Below are positions 9,549 to 18,195 of a stretch of DNA of 64,000 bases, piece by piece (the stretch's first letter is position 1; every line of letters begins with the position of its first letter). Made by a program: the position numbers and the translations under genes. Below the pieces are notes generated by a model, which saw nothing but the letters and a program-made list of their open reading frames with translations, was not told where the DNA came from and made no database searches. This stretch comes from an uncultured Lentimicrobiaceae bacterium (GTDB taxonomy: Bacteria > Bacteroidota > Bacteroidia > Bacteroidales > F082): NCBI GenBank assembly GCA_964463695.1, contig CAYXCZ010000002.1, forward strand, positions 100,155 to 164,154, given 5' to 3'.

Positions 9549-9663
9549 AAAATTTATTAAAATGAAGTAAAGTAAATTTACTCATTATTGCTTTAATTGC
9601 TGTTTTTCAAGTGTGTATTTAGCAGATCAGGCTTCAATATACCGCAAAAACGATATTATTTGC

Positions 9664-9671
9664 TACTTTTG
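9664..9671 (+). promoter_or_regulatory. -7 box (TActTTTG) upstream of the GT2 gene
   Basis: tacttttg lies 18 nt upstream of the ATG at 9689. Confidence 0.4.
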
Positions 9672-9688
9672 GCCGCTTGTTTGAACGT

Positions 9689-10465
9689 ATGAAGAAATTA
9701 TCTGTTGCCATTATTACACTTAATGAAGAAAGGAACATTGGTCGATGCCTTGATTCTGTTCATGGATTAGCAGATGAAATAGTTGTAATCGATTCGTTTT
9801 CAATTGATAAAACAGAGGAAATTTGCAAATCTTTTAATGTGCGTTTTGAACCTCATGCTTTTGGTGGATATATCCAACAGAAGCAATATGCACTCGATCG
9901 TTGTACGCATGATTATGTGCTAATGCTTGATGCCGATGAGGCGATTTCTGATACTTTACATAAATCAATCGCAGCAGAGAAGGAAAATGGTTTTCCTGAA
10001 ATGGCATACGAAATGAACCGCCTGACCAATTATTGTGGGCAATGGATTTATCATTGCGGATGGTACCCTGATAGAAAACTCCGTCTTTTCGACAGAACAA
10101 AGGCCATTATTGGTGGACAAAATCCCCATGATCGCGTTATACCTTTGTCAAATGCTCAAAATACTAAACATCTGCAGGGTGATATTTTGCATTACAGTTA
10201 CTATTCAATCGAAGAACATTACAGGCAAGCGGATCGTTTTGCTACAATTGCTGCCAAAGCGCTTGTCGAAAAAGGAAAAAGGTCGTCTGTCGCCTATGCA
10301 GGAATCAAAGCAGTTGCAAAATTTCTCAGAAATTACATTATCAAAGCTGGTTTTTTGGATGGTTTAAATGGATACACCATATGCAAAATCAGCGCTAAAG
10401 AAACCTGGTGGAAATACTACCGTGTAAGTGAAATTCACTCAGCCAAAGATGAAAAAAACAGGTAA
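9689..10465 (+). CDS. Family 2 glycosyltransferase (LPS-core KdtX/WaaE-like)
   Basis: It has the GT2 signature VAIITLNEERNIGRCLDSV and a DxD motif (LDADE). I set the start at the first ATG (MKKLS); the ORF-track start is a TTG. Confidence 0.85.
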   Translation: MKKLSVAIITLNEERNIGRCLDSVHGLADEIVVIDSFSIDKTEEICKSFNVRFEPHAFGGYIQQKQYALDRCTHDYVLMLDADEAISDTLHKSIAAEKENGFPEMAYEMNRLTNYCGQWIYHCGWYPDRKLRLFDRTKAIIGGQNPHDRVIPLSNAQNTKHLQGDILHYSYYSIEEHYRQADRFATIAAKALVEKGKRSSVAYAGIKAVAKFLRNYIIKAGFLDGLNGYTICKISAKETWWKYYRVSEIHSAKDEKNR

Positions 10466-11633
10466 ATTTTGCTGTTTCAACAGGTATGACCAACGTTGGA
10501 TATATGGCTTATATCTTATAGTTTTCACACTTGCAACTTTACACAAGCTTTTTCTGACCGAAGGCTCTTTCAATAATTTTGACATTTTCAGGTACTCATT
10601 TGCTCACCTCATTAATGGCGATAACCTATATGTTCATTATCCTGAACATTATTTTGATCTGTTCAAATACAGTCCTTCTTTCGCTATGCTTATGGCTCCT
10701 TTCTGGTATTTGCCACGTTTACCAGGTGTCATAATCTGGAACCTGATCAATGCATTGCTTCCGGTTTATGCTGTAAATCAATTCAATTTGACCTTAAAAC
10801 ACAAATGGTTTTTTGCGCTTTTTATAATGATTGAGATGCTTACTTCGGTTCAAAATGCACAAAGCAATGGGTTGATGCTTGGATTGATGATTCTGGGGTA
10901 TCATGCTATTGAAAAGGGTAAGGCAGGCTCAGCAGCTATTGCAATAATAGTTGGTTTTGTAATAAAAATATTTGCTTTAGGTGTTAGCATACTGGTGCTG
11001 TTTAAACCTTTCAAATTGCAGTTTACCCTTTGGTCAATGCTGATTGGTATTGTTGTACTCATATCACCGGCAGTCTTCACCGGATTTGGTGGACTTTTTG
11101 ATCAGTACGCTTCGTGGATTCATTTATTGGCAAATGACACAGCTATCGCACTTAATTTTTCCATCATGTCGTTTTTTGAAAGGACGTTAAATCTGGTTAT
11201 GCCAAATAGCATCTGGCTGGTATCTGGATTGTTGTTGTTGTTTTTACCCTTACTGAGGATAAGTCACTATTCAAACGAACGCTGGCGCATGAACTATTTC
11301 GCACTTCTTTTACTTTGGGTAGTTTTATTCAATCATAAAACTGAGTCACCAACTTTTGTCATTGCAATGGCAGGAGCTGCTCTTTGGTATATTTTGTCAG
11401 AACAGTCACAAGTTCACAAGTTAATAATTGTTATAGTGTTTATTTTCACCGGATTAGCTGCTACAGATATCTTCCCTTACACAGTTAGAGAAAATTTTAT
11501 AAAACCGTTTGCAATAAAAGTTTTACCTTGCATCATATTGTTCTTTTTCATGCTTTATGAAATGCTTTTTAAAAAGAATTTTGAATCATTTTCTGAAAGG
11601 AAAACGATGCTTTTGAAACATGAATCTGAATGA
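10449..11633 (+). CDS. Polytopic membrane glycosyltransferase-like protein (DUF2029 / GT87-like)
   Basis: It has about 10 predicted TM helices and resembles the GT87/DUF2029 mannosyltransferase-like family. Its ATG overlaps the end of the GT2 gene. Confidence 0.6.
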   Translation: MKKTGKFCCFNRYDQRWIYGLYLIVFTLATLHKLFLTEGSFNNFDIFRYSFAHLINGDNLYVHYPEHYFDLFKYSPSFAMLMAPFWYLPRLPGVIIWNLINALLPVYAVNQFNLTLKHKWFFALFIMIEMLTSVQNAQSNGLMLGLMILGYHAIEKGKAGSAAIAIIVGFVIKIFALGVSILVLFKPFKLQFTLWSMLIGIVVLISPAVFTGFGGLFDQYASWIHLLANDTAIALNFSIMSFFERTLNLVMPNSIWLVSGLLLLFLPLLRISHYSNERWRMNYFALLLLWVVLFNHKTESPTFVIAMAGAALWYILSEQSQVHKLIIVIVFIFTGLAATDIFPYTVRENFIKPFAIKVLPCIILFFFMLYEMLFKKNFESFSERKTMLLKHESE

Positions 11634-11660
11634 TAGCACACACACAACACACACATTAAA

Positions 11661-12698
11661 ATGAAAGAAACTGATAAATGGCTCGTGGTCGTGAACCCAA
11701 AAGCCGGAAGTAGTAAATGCGAAAAAGACTGGCCTAAAGTAAAAGAGTTGCTGTTGCAACAAGGGTTTTCTTTTTTGAGCGTATTGACCGAAAGGCCTTT
11801 TCATGCCATTGAAATTACCCGAAATATGGTAAACGATCTGGGTTTCAAAAAGATAATAGCTGTTGGTGGTGATGGAACTCTCAATGAGGTCGTGAATGGA
11901 ATATTTCAGCAAACCCGATTCGCAACCACTGACATTACCCTTGGAATGATTACTATCGGCACAGGAAATGATTGGGGCAGAATGTATCAGTTTCCGATGA
12001 AATATGAAAAAGCAATAAAAATTATTAAAAACGAACGCACTTTTCTTCAGGATGTTGGTAAAGTAAAATACAGCTATGAAACGGAGGACAAAAGCCGATA
12101 TTTCATCAATATGGCAGGCATGGGATACGATGCTTTTGTTGCAAAAAAAACAAATAGCCTGAAAGCTCAGGGAAAAGGAGGGAAGTTTTCTTACCTTATC
12201 AATCTGGTTTTGGGATTGTTTCAATACGAGGTGGTTCAACTTAGCATCATTGTTGATGATAAAGAAGTTGTTAATGATCAGGTATTTAGTTTAAGTATTG
12301 GTATTTGTAAATTCAATGGTGGTGGAATGAAGCAGCTTCCTGATGCTATTCCCGATGATGGATTGTTTGATATGACCGTGATACGCAAAACAACAAAATT
12401 GAGGGTTGTAAGAAATATCAAACGACTTTTCGATGGCTCATTTATTCAAATGCCTGAAGTAGATACCTTTAGAGGAAAGAAAATAAATATCACTTCAACA
12501 CCACGCCACTCCATCTTTTTGGAAACTGATGGCGAGTCACTTGGAAGTTCACCTCTTGATTTTACGATCGTACCAAGGGCAGTAAAGCTTATCGTTCGGA
12601 AAAAAGCGCTCAAGGAGTTTGGTGCTGACCAAAAAGTTGCGGAACCCGTAACCTTAGAATCGGATCAGGCAGTAAGAAAAATCAGCGCAAACGATTGA
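11661..12698 (+). CDS. Diacylglycerol-kinase-family lipid kinase (YegS/BmrU-like)
   Basis: It has the VVNPKAGS motif and the GGDGTLNEVVNG catalytic-domain signature. Confidence 0.85.
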   Translation: MKETDKWLVVVNPKAGSSKCEKDWPKVKELLLQQGFSFLSVLTERPFHAIEITRNMVNDLGFKKIIAVGGDGTLNEVVNGIFQQTRFATTDITLGMITIGTGNDWGRMYQFPMKYEKAIKIIKNERTFLQDVGKVKYSYETEDKSRYFINMAGMGYDAFVAKKTNSLKAQGKGGKFSYLINLVLGLFQYEVVQLSIIVDDKEVVNDQVFSLSIGICKFNGGGMKQLPDAIPDDGLFDMTVIRKTTKLRVVRNIKRLFDGSFIQMPEVDTFRGKKINITSTPRHSIFLETDGESLGSSPLDFTIVPRAVKLIVRKKALKEFGADQKVAEPVTLESDQAVRKISAND

Positions 12699-12752
12699 AG
12701 TTATTTTAAGCATGTTTTTGTAATCAGTCCCCACGACACCGTTTAGATTTCG

Positions 12753-12760
12753 TACTTTTG
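12753..12760 (+). promoter_or_regulatory. -7 box (TActTTTG)
   Basis: tacttttg lies 23 nt upstream of the ATG at 12783. Confidence 0.4.
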
Positions 12761-12782
12761 TTGTGCTGAAAAAGCATGCTGT

Positions 12783-14771
12783 ATGAGCGGAATTAAATCC
12801 TATTTATTTGAAAAAAGAGAAGTTTTGTTGGTCTTAGTGCTATTGATTATTGTCAGTTCGTTCTTTTTCTCCTCTCATTTTTTCGAATTCCCTTCCCACA
12901 CTCATGCCTGGACTCAAAGCGATCGATATGCCCTTGCTGTTGGTTATGCTGAAAATGGCTTGAATCCATTTCTTCCTTCTACATCTAATCTTTTCCCCAA
13001 GTACCCCCCTAACGAAAATTTCCAATATTTTAAAGGTTACACAAGCGCTGCATTGGCTTTACCTGAGTTTTTGGCAGCAGTTATAATGCGTGTAAGTGGA
13101 ATTGAAGATCCTGTAATTTTACGCACCATCGTTTTGCTTTCTGGTTTAATAGCACTTCTTTTTTTGTTTGTTTTCATGAAAGCTTTAGGTAGTTCCTTTG
13201 TTATGTCATTGCTCATGGTGGTGTTTGTGTTTTCCGCTCCGGTTTTTACCTATTACATGAACGGGTTCATTCCCGGTATTCCAGCCTTGTCATTATCATT
13301 TGCTGCTTTTTATTTTTATGTTCAATACTTAAAAAAGCAACATTTCAATCACTTTGTTGTGTCTTTGTTTTTGTTAACGTTAGCAGCAATGATACGTCCT
13401 CCATTTTTGATGCCATTGGTTGCAGTGATTGTGACTCAACTCTTTTTTTGGAAGAGTAATAAGTTGCGATCCAAGGAGTTATTTGTTATTATAGGCAATT
13501 TGGTGCTGTTTTCTGCTTTTTGGATGTATGACAAACGGTTGCAAGGCACATTTGGTTCCATGTTTAATAACGAGCTGATGCCTGCTGCCAATTTTTCGGA
13601 TTGGGGAGTTTTAATGCAAAAAGCATGGAGCAACTGGAATATCAGCTACCTGACTTATGGTCACTATGTGTTGCTTATAGTGGCTTTTCTTCTGCTTGTC
13701 TTTTATAGAAAGAAACTTGTATCTGGTTTCAGGACCAAAATTCTACTTGTGACATTACTCAATCTGGGTGCATCATTGATGTATTCTTTTGTTATGGCTC
13801 AACAATTTCCTGCACATGACTATTATTTCCTGGATAGCTTTTTTCTGCCGCTTGTGATATTTACCTCTCTTGGCCTTTCATTAATCACGGTGCAACAAAA
13901 AAAACAACTTATTCCACTTACAGCAGGACTACTCGTTTTCTCAAGCTTCATGCTGCATGCCTCGAATCTGAAGCAAAACGAGCGTTACACCACTCATAGC
14001 TGGGATCGTACCGAAACAACCCGCCTGAATTTTATAGGGAGCGAGGCTTTTCTTAAAGAATGTAAAGTGGAGGATGATGCACGTATTTTGGTATTGGATG
14101 CTTACACCAGCAATGTTCCTCTTTTATTGATGAATCGTAAAGGCTTCACAGTTATTGAAACTACCAATGAATTCATTCAGAAGGCTTTGACCTTACCTTT
14201 TGAACACATCGTCATTCAAAACAAAAGCCTTTCGGGTGATGTCCTGCGCAACTTCCCTGAGCTTGCTGAGCATCTTTATCCAGTTGCTAATAATGGTAGG
14301 ATAGGGTTGTATAATTATACTGAAAAAAGCAGTAAAAAGAGTTGGTTAGAGTTGTTATTGCCTGTAAACGAACAACATAGAATAAACTTTGTTATTGATA
14401 CAACAGTGCATTGCATCGGTTTGCAGGATGATTTTTACCCTCTTAAGGATACCATTATCCAGGAAACAGATCAGGCATTAACCGCTGTTTTGTTTCAAGC
14501 ACAGGCTTATACTAAAAACGAAAAAATTGAAGGTTTAAACCTTGTTATCGATGCAAAAAACGCAAACGGATTTACCTTTTATGATAGCTATCCGTTAAGT
14601 ATATTCTTCGAAAAGTCAGTAAAACAGACTGTAATGTCAGTTTTTTTTCAACTTCCACTGGGTTTTCCAGCCGGCACGCGTGTGAAGGTATATATCTGGA
14701 ATCCAGGGAAGAACGAAGTTTGTTTTCAAAATCAGGCAGTTTTATTTACAAAATATTCATTACACATTTAA
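12783..14771 (+). CDS. Large polytopic membrane protein, GT-C fold (ArnT/PMT-like) glycosyltransferase candidate with a soluble C-terminal domain
   Basis: It has about 12 N-terminal TM helices. The first-loop motif [15 protein letters not shown] resembles the ArnT/PMT D-x-x-RYA loop. The C-terminal ~260 aa are soluble. Confidence 0.5.
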   Translation: MSGIKSYLFEKREVLLVLVLLIIVSSFFFSSHFFEFPSHTHAWTQSDRYALAVGYAENGLNPFLPSTSNLFPKYPPNENFQYFKGYTSAALALPEFLAAVIMRVSGIEDPVILRTIVLLSGLIALLFLFVFMKALGSSFVMSLLMVVFVFSAPVFTYYMNGFIPGIPALSLSFAAFYFYVQYLKKQHFNHFVVSLFLLTLAAMIRPPFLMPLVAVIVTQLFFWKSNKLRSKELFVIIGNLVLFSAFWMYDKRLQGTFGSMFNNELMPAANFSDWGVLMQKAWSNWNISYLTYGHYVLLIVAFLLLVFYRKKLVSGFRTKILLVTLLNLGASLMYSFVMAQQFPAHDYYFLDSFFLPLVIFTSLGLSLITVQQKKQLIPLTAGLLVFSSFMLHASNLKQNERYTTHSWDRTETTRLNFIGSEAFLKECKVEDDARILVLDAYTSNVPLLLMNRKGFTVIETTNEFIQKALTLPFEHIVIQNKSLSGDVLRNFPELAEHLYPVANNGRIGLYNYTEKSSKKSWLELLLPVNEQHRINFVIDTTVHCIGLQDDFYPLKDTIIQETDQALTAVLFQAQAYTKNEKIEGLNLVIDAKNANGFTFYDSYPLSIFFEKSVKQTVMSVFFQLPLGFPAGTRVKVYIWNPGKNEVCFQNQAVLFTKYSLHI

Positions 14772-14781
14772 TTTATTACAG

Positions 14782-15978
14782 ATGAAAAACATTGATCAGT
14801 ACAATCTTAAAGACAAACGTGTTATCGTACGCGTTGATTTTAACGTGCCGGTGAACGACAAATTTGAGGTCACCGATGACACCCGTATCAGGGCAGCAAT
14901 CCCAACTATCAAAAAGATTCTTGCTTCGGGAGGCTCAGTAATTTTGATGTCGCATTTCGGAAGGCCAAAAGACGGTCCGGACGACAAATATTCCTTACGT
15001 CATATCCTCGGTGACCTGGAAGCAAAACTTGGTATGAAAGTTCAGTTCGCAAATGACTGCATCGGAGCTGAAGCTCAGGAAAAAGCAGCTGCTTTGAAAC
15101 CGGGAGAGGTTTTATTACTTGAGAACCTGCGTTTTTACAAAGAAGAAACAAAAGGGGATGAAAATTTTGCAAAAAAATTGGCGTTACTAGCCGATGTTTA
15201 TGTGAACGATGCCTTCGGAACAGCTCACCGTGCGCATGCATCAACAGCTATTATCGCCCGCTTTTTCCCAGGAGCAAGTCTATTTGGATATCTTATGCAG
15301 GATGAAGTTTCAAACCTTGAGAAAGTGACAAAAAATGCCGAAAGACCTTTCACAGCTGTGCTTGGCGGAGCTAAAGTTTCAGGCAAAATTGAAATTATAA
15401 ACAACTTAATTGATAAAGTGGATAACCTCATTATTGGAGGTGGAATGATGTTCACGTTTATTAAAGCAATGGGTGGACAAATTGGCAATTCGTTGGTTGA
15501 AGAAGATTTGATCGAAACAGCATTAAAAGCCATTGAAAAAGCTAAAGCAAATGGAGTGAATCTATTGATTCCTACTGATGCAGTAATTGCTGACAGTTTT
15601 AGCAATGAGGCTGAACAAAAAGTCTGCAATGCAAACAGCATTCCTGATGGATGGATGGGTCTTGATATTGGCCATGAAACCATAAAAACATTTACCGAAG
15701 TAATTCTCAATTCACGTACGATCCTTTGGAATGGCCCGATGGGTGTGTTTGAATTTGTGAATTTTGCCAACGGCACGCGCGATATCGCTTTAGCCATTGC
15801 AAAAGCCACTTCAAGTGGATCATATTCACTTGTTGGTGGTGGCGACTCAGTAGCTGCCGTTAATAAATATGATCTGGCTGACAAAGTCAGTTATGTTTCA
15901 ACAGGTGGTGGTGCTATGCTCGAATATATTGAAGGGAAAGAACTTCCTGGCGTTAAAGCTATTCTCGAAGGCATTTAA
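14782..15978 (+). CDS. pgk: Phosphoglycerate kinase
   Basis: It carries the RVDFNVP motif, a GRPKDGP segment and the terminal [10 protein letters not shown] motif. Its full length is typical for Pgk. Confidence 0.97.
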   Translation: MKNIDQYNLKDKRVIVRVDFNVPVNDKFEVTDDTRIRAAIPTIKKILASGGSVILMSHFGRPKDGPDDKYSLRHILGDLEAKLGMKVQFANDCIGAEAQEKAAALKPGEVLLLENLRFYKEETKGDENFAKKLALLADVYVNDAFGTAHRAHASTAIIARFFPGASLFGYLMQDEVSNLEKVTKNAERPFTAVLGGAKVSGKIEIINNLIDKVDNLIIGGGMMFTFIKAMGGQIGNSLVEEDLIETALKAIEKAKANGVNLLIPTDAVIADSFSNEAEQKVCNANSIPDGWMGLDIGHETIKTFTEVILNSRTILWNGPMGVFEFVNFANGTRDIALAIAKATSSGSYSLVGGGDSVAAVNKYDLADKVSYVSTGGGAMLEYIEGKELPGVKAILEGI

Positions 15979-16000
15979 TAATCCGAATTTAAGATAAAAA

Positions 16001-16055
16001 AGGTTATCATCTGAAACTTGTTATATAAATGAGATCAGATGATGACCTTTTTTTT
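16001..16055. terminator. Bidirectional rho-independent terminator between pgk and the asparaginase-like gene
   Basis: The stem is aggttatcatctga / tcagatgatgacct, 14 bp with one G-U pair. It is flanked by an A-run upstream and a T-run (tttttttt) downstream. Confidence 0.6.
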
Positions 16056-16125
16056 CGATTAATGATGTAAAGGAAATATCCGGATTTCTATCCATTGATA
16101 TTGAAGGCTTAATCAGGAATATTCT

Positions 16126-17181
16126 CTATTTAGACTCATCATCAGAATAGATACTTACAGAAGCTTCCTGTCCGGCAATAACATAAGCCCTGAACATTCC
16201 TGATGTGTTGAAAGGAAGCGCAATAGAGCCATTTTTGTCGACAGCAATTAATCCGCCACCTGCATCTAGCGATTTAAGCTTATTCATAACAAGATCATTA
16301 GCAGCTTGTTGAAGACTTTGTCCTGAATAAATCATTCGGGCATGAAGGTCGTGAGCTACTGCGTTACGAATAAAAAACTCACCATGACCTGTTGCTGAAA
16401 CAGCACAGCTGTTATTGTCGGCCCATGTTCCTGCACCAATCACAGGCGAATCGCCAAGTCTGCCCTCGCGTTTATAGTGCATACCTCCGGTAGATGTTCC
16501 GGCAGCCAGATTTCCCTCACGATCAAGAGCAACAGCTCCAACAGTTCCTTTTGATGGGATCATAAATTCTCGTTCAAGATGAGATTGACGCGTTTTTTCA
16601 TAGTTATCCCATCTGTTTTGTGTAAAAAAATAAGAGGGATTAACCGTGTCAACACCTGATTGTATGGCAAATTTCTCAGCACCTTTTCCAACCAGAAAAA
16701 CATGTCGGCCATCATCCATAATTGCTTTTGCTGCCAAAATTGGGTGACGGATAATACTAACTGCTCCAACAGCACCGGCACGGCCTTGCTTCCCTTCCAT
16801 GATGGAGGCATCGTGAGCAATTTCTCCAACTTCATTGTATACAGCACCTTTCCCTGCATTAAACAATGGATTATCCTCCATCAGGGTAATTGATGCAATT
16901 ACTGCATCTGTGCTACTCCCTCCGTTTTTAAGCACTTCCTCACCTGCCCTTAGGGCTGTCATCAATCCTTCTTTGTAGGCGGTCTCTAGTTCTGATGACA
17001 TTTTGGAACGTTCCATCGCTCCTGCGCCACCATGTATCACAAGAACGTAATCAGGCTTTTGTGGTTTATCAGATTTCATTTGGCAGGAACTAAATGAAAC
17101 CGAAAGAAAAAGCACAAGAAAGAAGAAGATTTTACTCAAATAATTAGGGTGTTGCAGCATCGTTTTGAGAGATTTATTCAA
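16126..17181 (-). CDS. Isoaspartyl peptidase / L-asparaginase (Ntn-hydrolase, Asparaginase_2 family), secreted or lipoprotein
   Basis: It has a signal peptide ending FSSCQ, an autoprocessing/nucleophile motif (GTVGAVALD) and a GAGT...HGE segment. Confidence 0.9.
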   Translation of the reverse strand: MNKSLKTMLQHPNYLSKIFFFLVLFLSVSFSSCQMKSDKPQKPDYVLVIHGGAGAMERSKMSSELETAYKEGLMTALRAGEEVLKNGGSSTDAVIASITLMEDNPLFNAGKGAVYNEVGEIAHDASIMEGKQGRAGAVGAVSIIRHPILAAKAIMDDGRHVFLVGKGAEKFAIQSGVDTVNPSYFFTQNRWDNYEKTRQSHLEREFMIPSKGTVGAVALDREGNLAAGTSTGGMHYKREGRLGDSPVIGAGTWADNNSCAVSATGHGEFFIRNAVAHDLHARMIYSGQSLQQAANDLVMNKLKSLDAGGGLIAVDKNGSIALPFNTSGMFRAYVIAGQEASVSIYSDDESK

Positions 17182-17221
17182 TATTTCAGGATTTTAAAAG
17201 TAAAGAAATGCCTACAGTTTA

Positions 17222-18016
17222 TCATCGTCTTTGTGGCATAAAAAGGCCCATAAGGGTATTAAAGTCATATAAACCAAATAGTTGTGCAGAGGTTATGAGT
17301 ATAACAGCTATTATTACCCATTTAACAAAACCTACTCCTTTAGCTGTTGCCATCTGTGAAGCCACAAGAGCTCCAATGATGTTTCCAACACCATGAACTA
17401 GTCCAAAATGCCAGTTTACTGCACCATTAAGAATAAAAATTGCAAGAGCTACAGGTGAATATAAAAGCACAATCCAGACTTTGATGGCGTTGGCTTTTAC
17501 AAGATCAAAACCTGCACCTACAACGAGGGCTGCCAGAAGGAAATAGCCAATTCCAACCTGAATAAACCCACCATAAATGCCTATCAAAAAGAAGATAAAA
17601 ACCTGGAACAGACTCACTGGCCTACCTTGCTTTTCGGTGTTCCCATGTAAATAGGTTGATGGTTTTACCAGCATAAAGAAAATCATCAGAAGTAGAATAG
17701 CGGCGAAAGCTCTTTCAATCACAACTTTATCAATGTCAACAGCGATTTGAGCACCAACAATGGAACCTGCAACGGCAGGCAAAGCTAACCATGTAGCTTT
17801 CCGTAATTCAAGAACTTTCTTTTGACGGAACATCCCCACCGAGGTAAGGTTTTGAAGCACAATAGCAATACGATTCGTTCCATTGGCTACATCAATGGGC
17901 AAACCAAGAAAAAGGAAAAGAGAAAGCGAAATGACCGATCCACCTCCGGCAAGTGTATTGATAAAACCAACCACGATTCCGGAAACAACGAGTGCAGTAA
18001 CTTCAATCCAATTCAT
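17222..18016 (-). CDS. TauE/SafE-family sulfite/anion exporter membrane protein
   Basis: It has about 8 TM helices and a glycine-rich repeated architecture typical of TauE/SafE. Confidence 0.8.
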   Translation of the reverse strand: MNWIEVTALVVSGIVVGFINTLAGGGSVISLSLFLFLGLPIDVANGTNRIAIVLQNLTSVGMFRQKKVLELRKATWLALPAVAGSIVGAQIAVDIDKVVIERAFAAILLLMIFFMLVKPSTYLHGNTEKQGRPVSLFQVFIFFLIGIYGGFIQVGIGYFLLAALVVGAGFDLVKANAIKVWIVLLYSPVALAIFILNGAVNWHFGLVHGVGNIIGALVASQMATAKGVGFVKWVIIAVILITSAQLFGLYDFNTLMGLFMPQRR

Positions 18017-18033
18017 AAAACCAATCCTTGCGG

Positions 18034-18041
18034 CAAATGTA
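18034..18041 (-). promoter_or_regulatory. -7 box (TAcaTTTG on the minus strand)
   Basis: The plus strand reads caaatgta. It lies 18 nt upstream of the start at 18016. Confidence 0.4.
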
Positions 18042-18195
18042 GCGAATCACTTGCTTGTTTTACTTCATCCCGAATTTTTTTAGTAATGGGCTTCTGAAAG
18101 ATAAAGTAGAAGAATAAGCTTTGGGTTAGTAAGGAAAAGCACAAGTTTTAGGGCTTTAAATTTCTTTGACAAAAAAAAGAAAAGGCTGTCAGGCT

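Noticed and set aside
11637-11655. CA-rich tract (cacacacacaacacacaca) directly upstream of the lipid-kinase ATG
   Set aside because: It is short, interrupted and intergenic. I see no evidence that it is a functional slippage tract, and the sequence alone suggests no regulatory role.
15225-15884. 219-aa antisense ORF inside pgk, together with similar long antisense ORFs at 11586-12239, 54803-55444, 48781-49185, 47844-48173, 35129-35449 and 50689-50976
   Set aside because: Each lies opposite a gene with strong family motifs. They have odd composition (Ser/Pro/Cys/Arg-rich or low complexity), no recognisable motifs and no promoter box. They are typical shadow ORFs.
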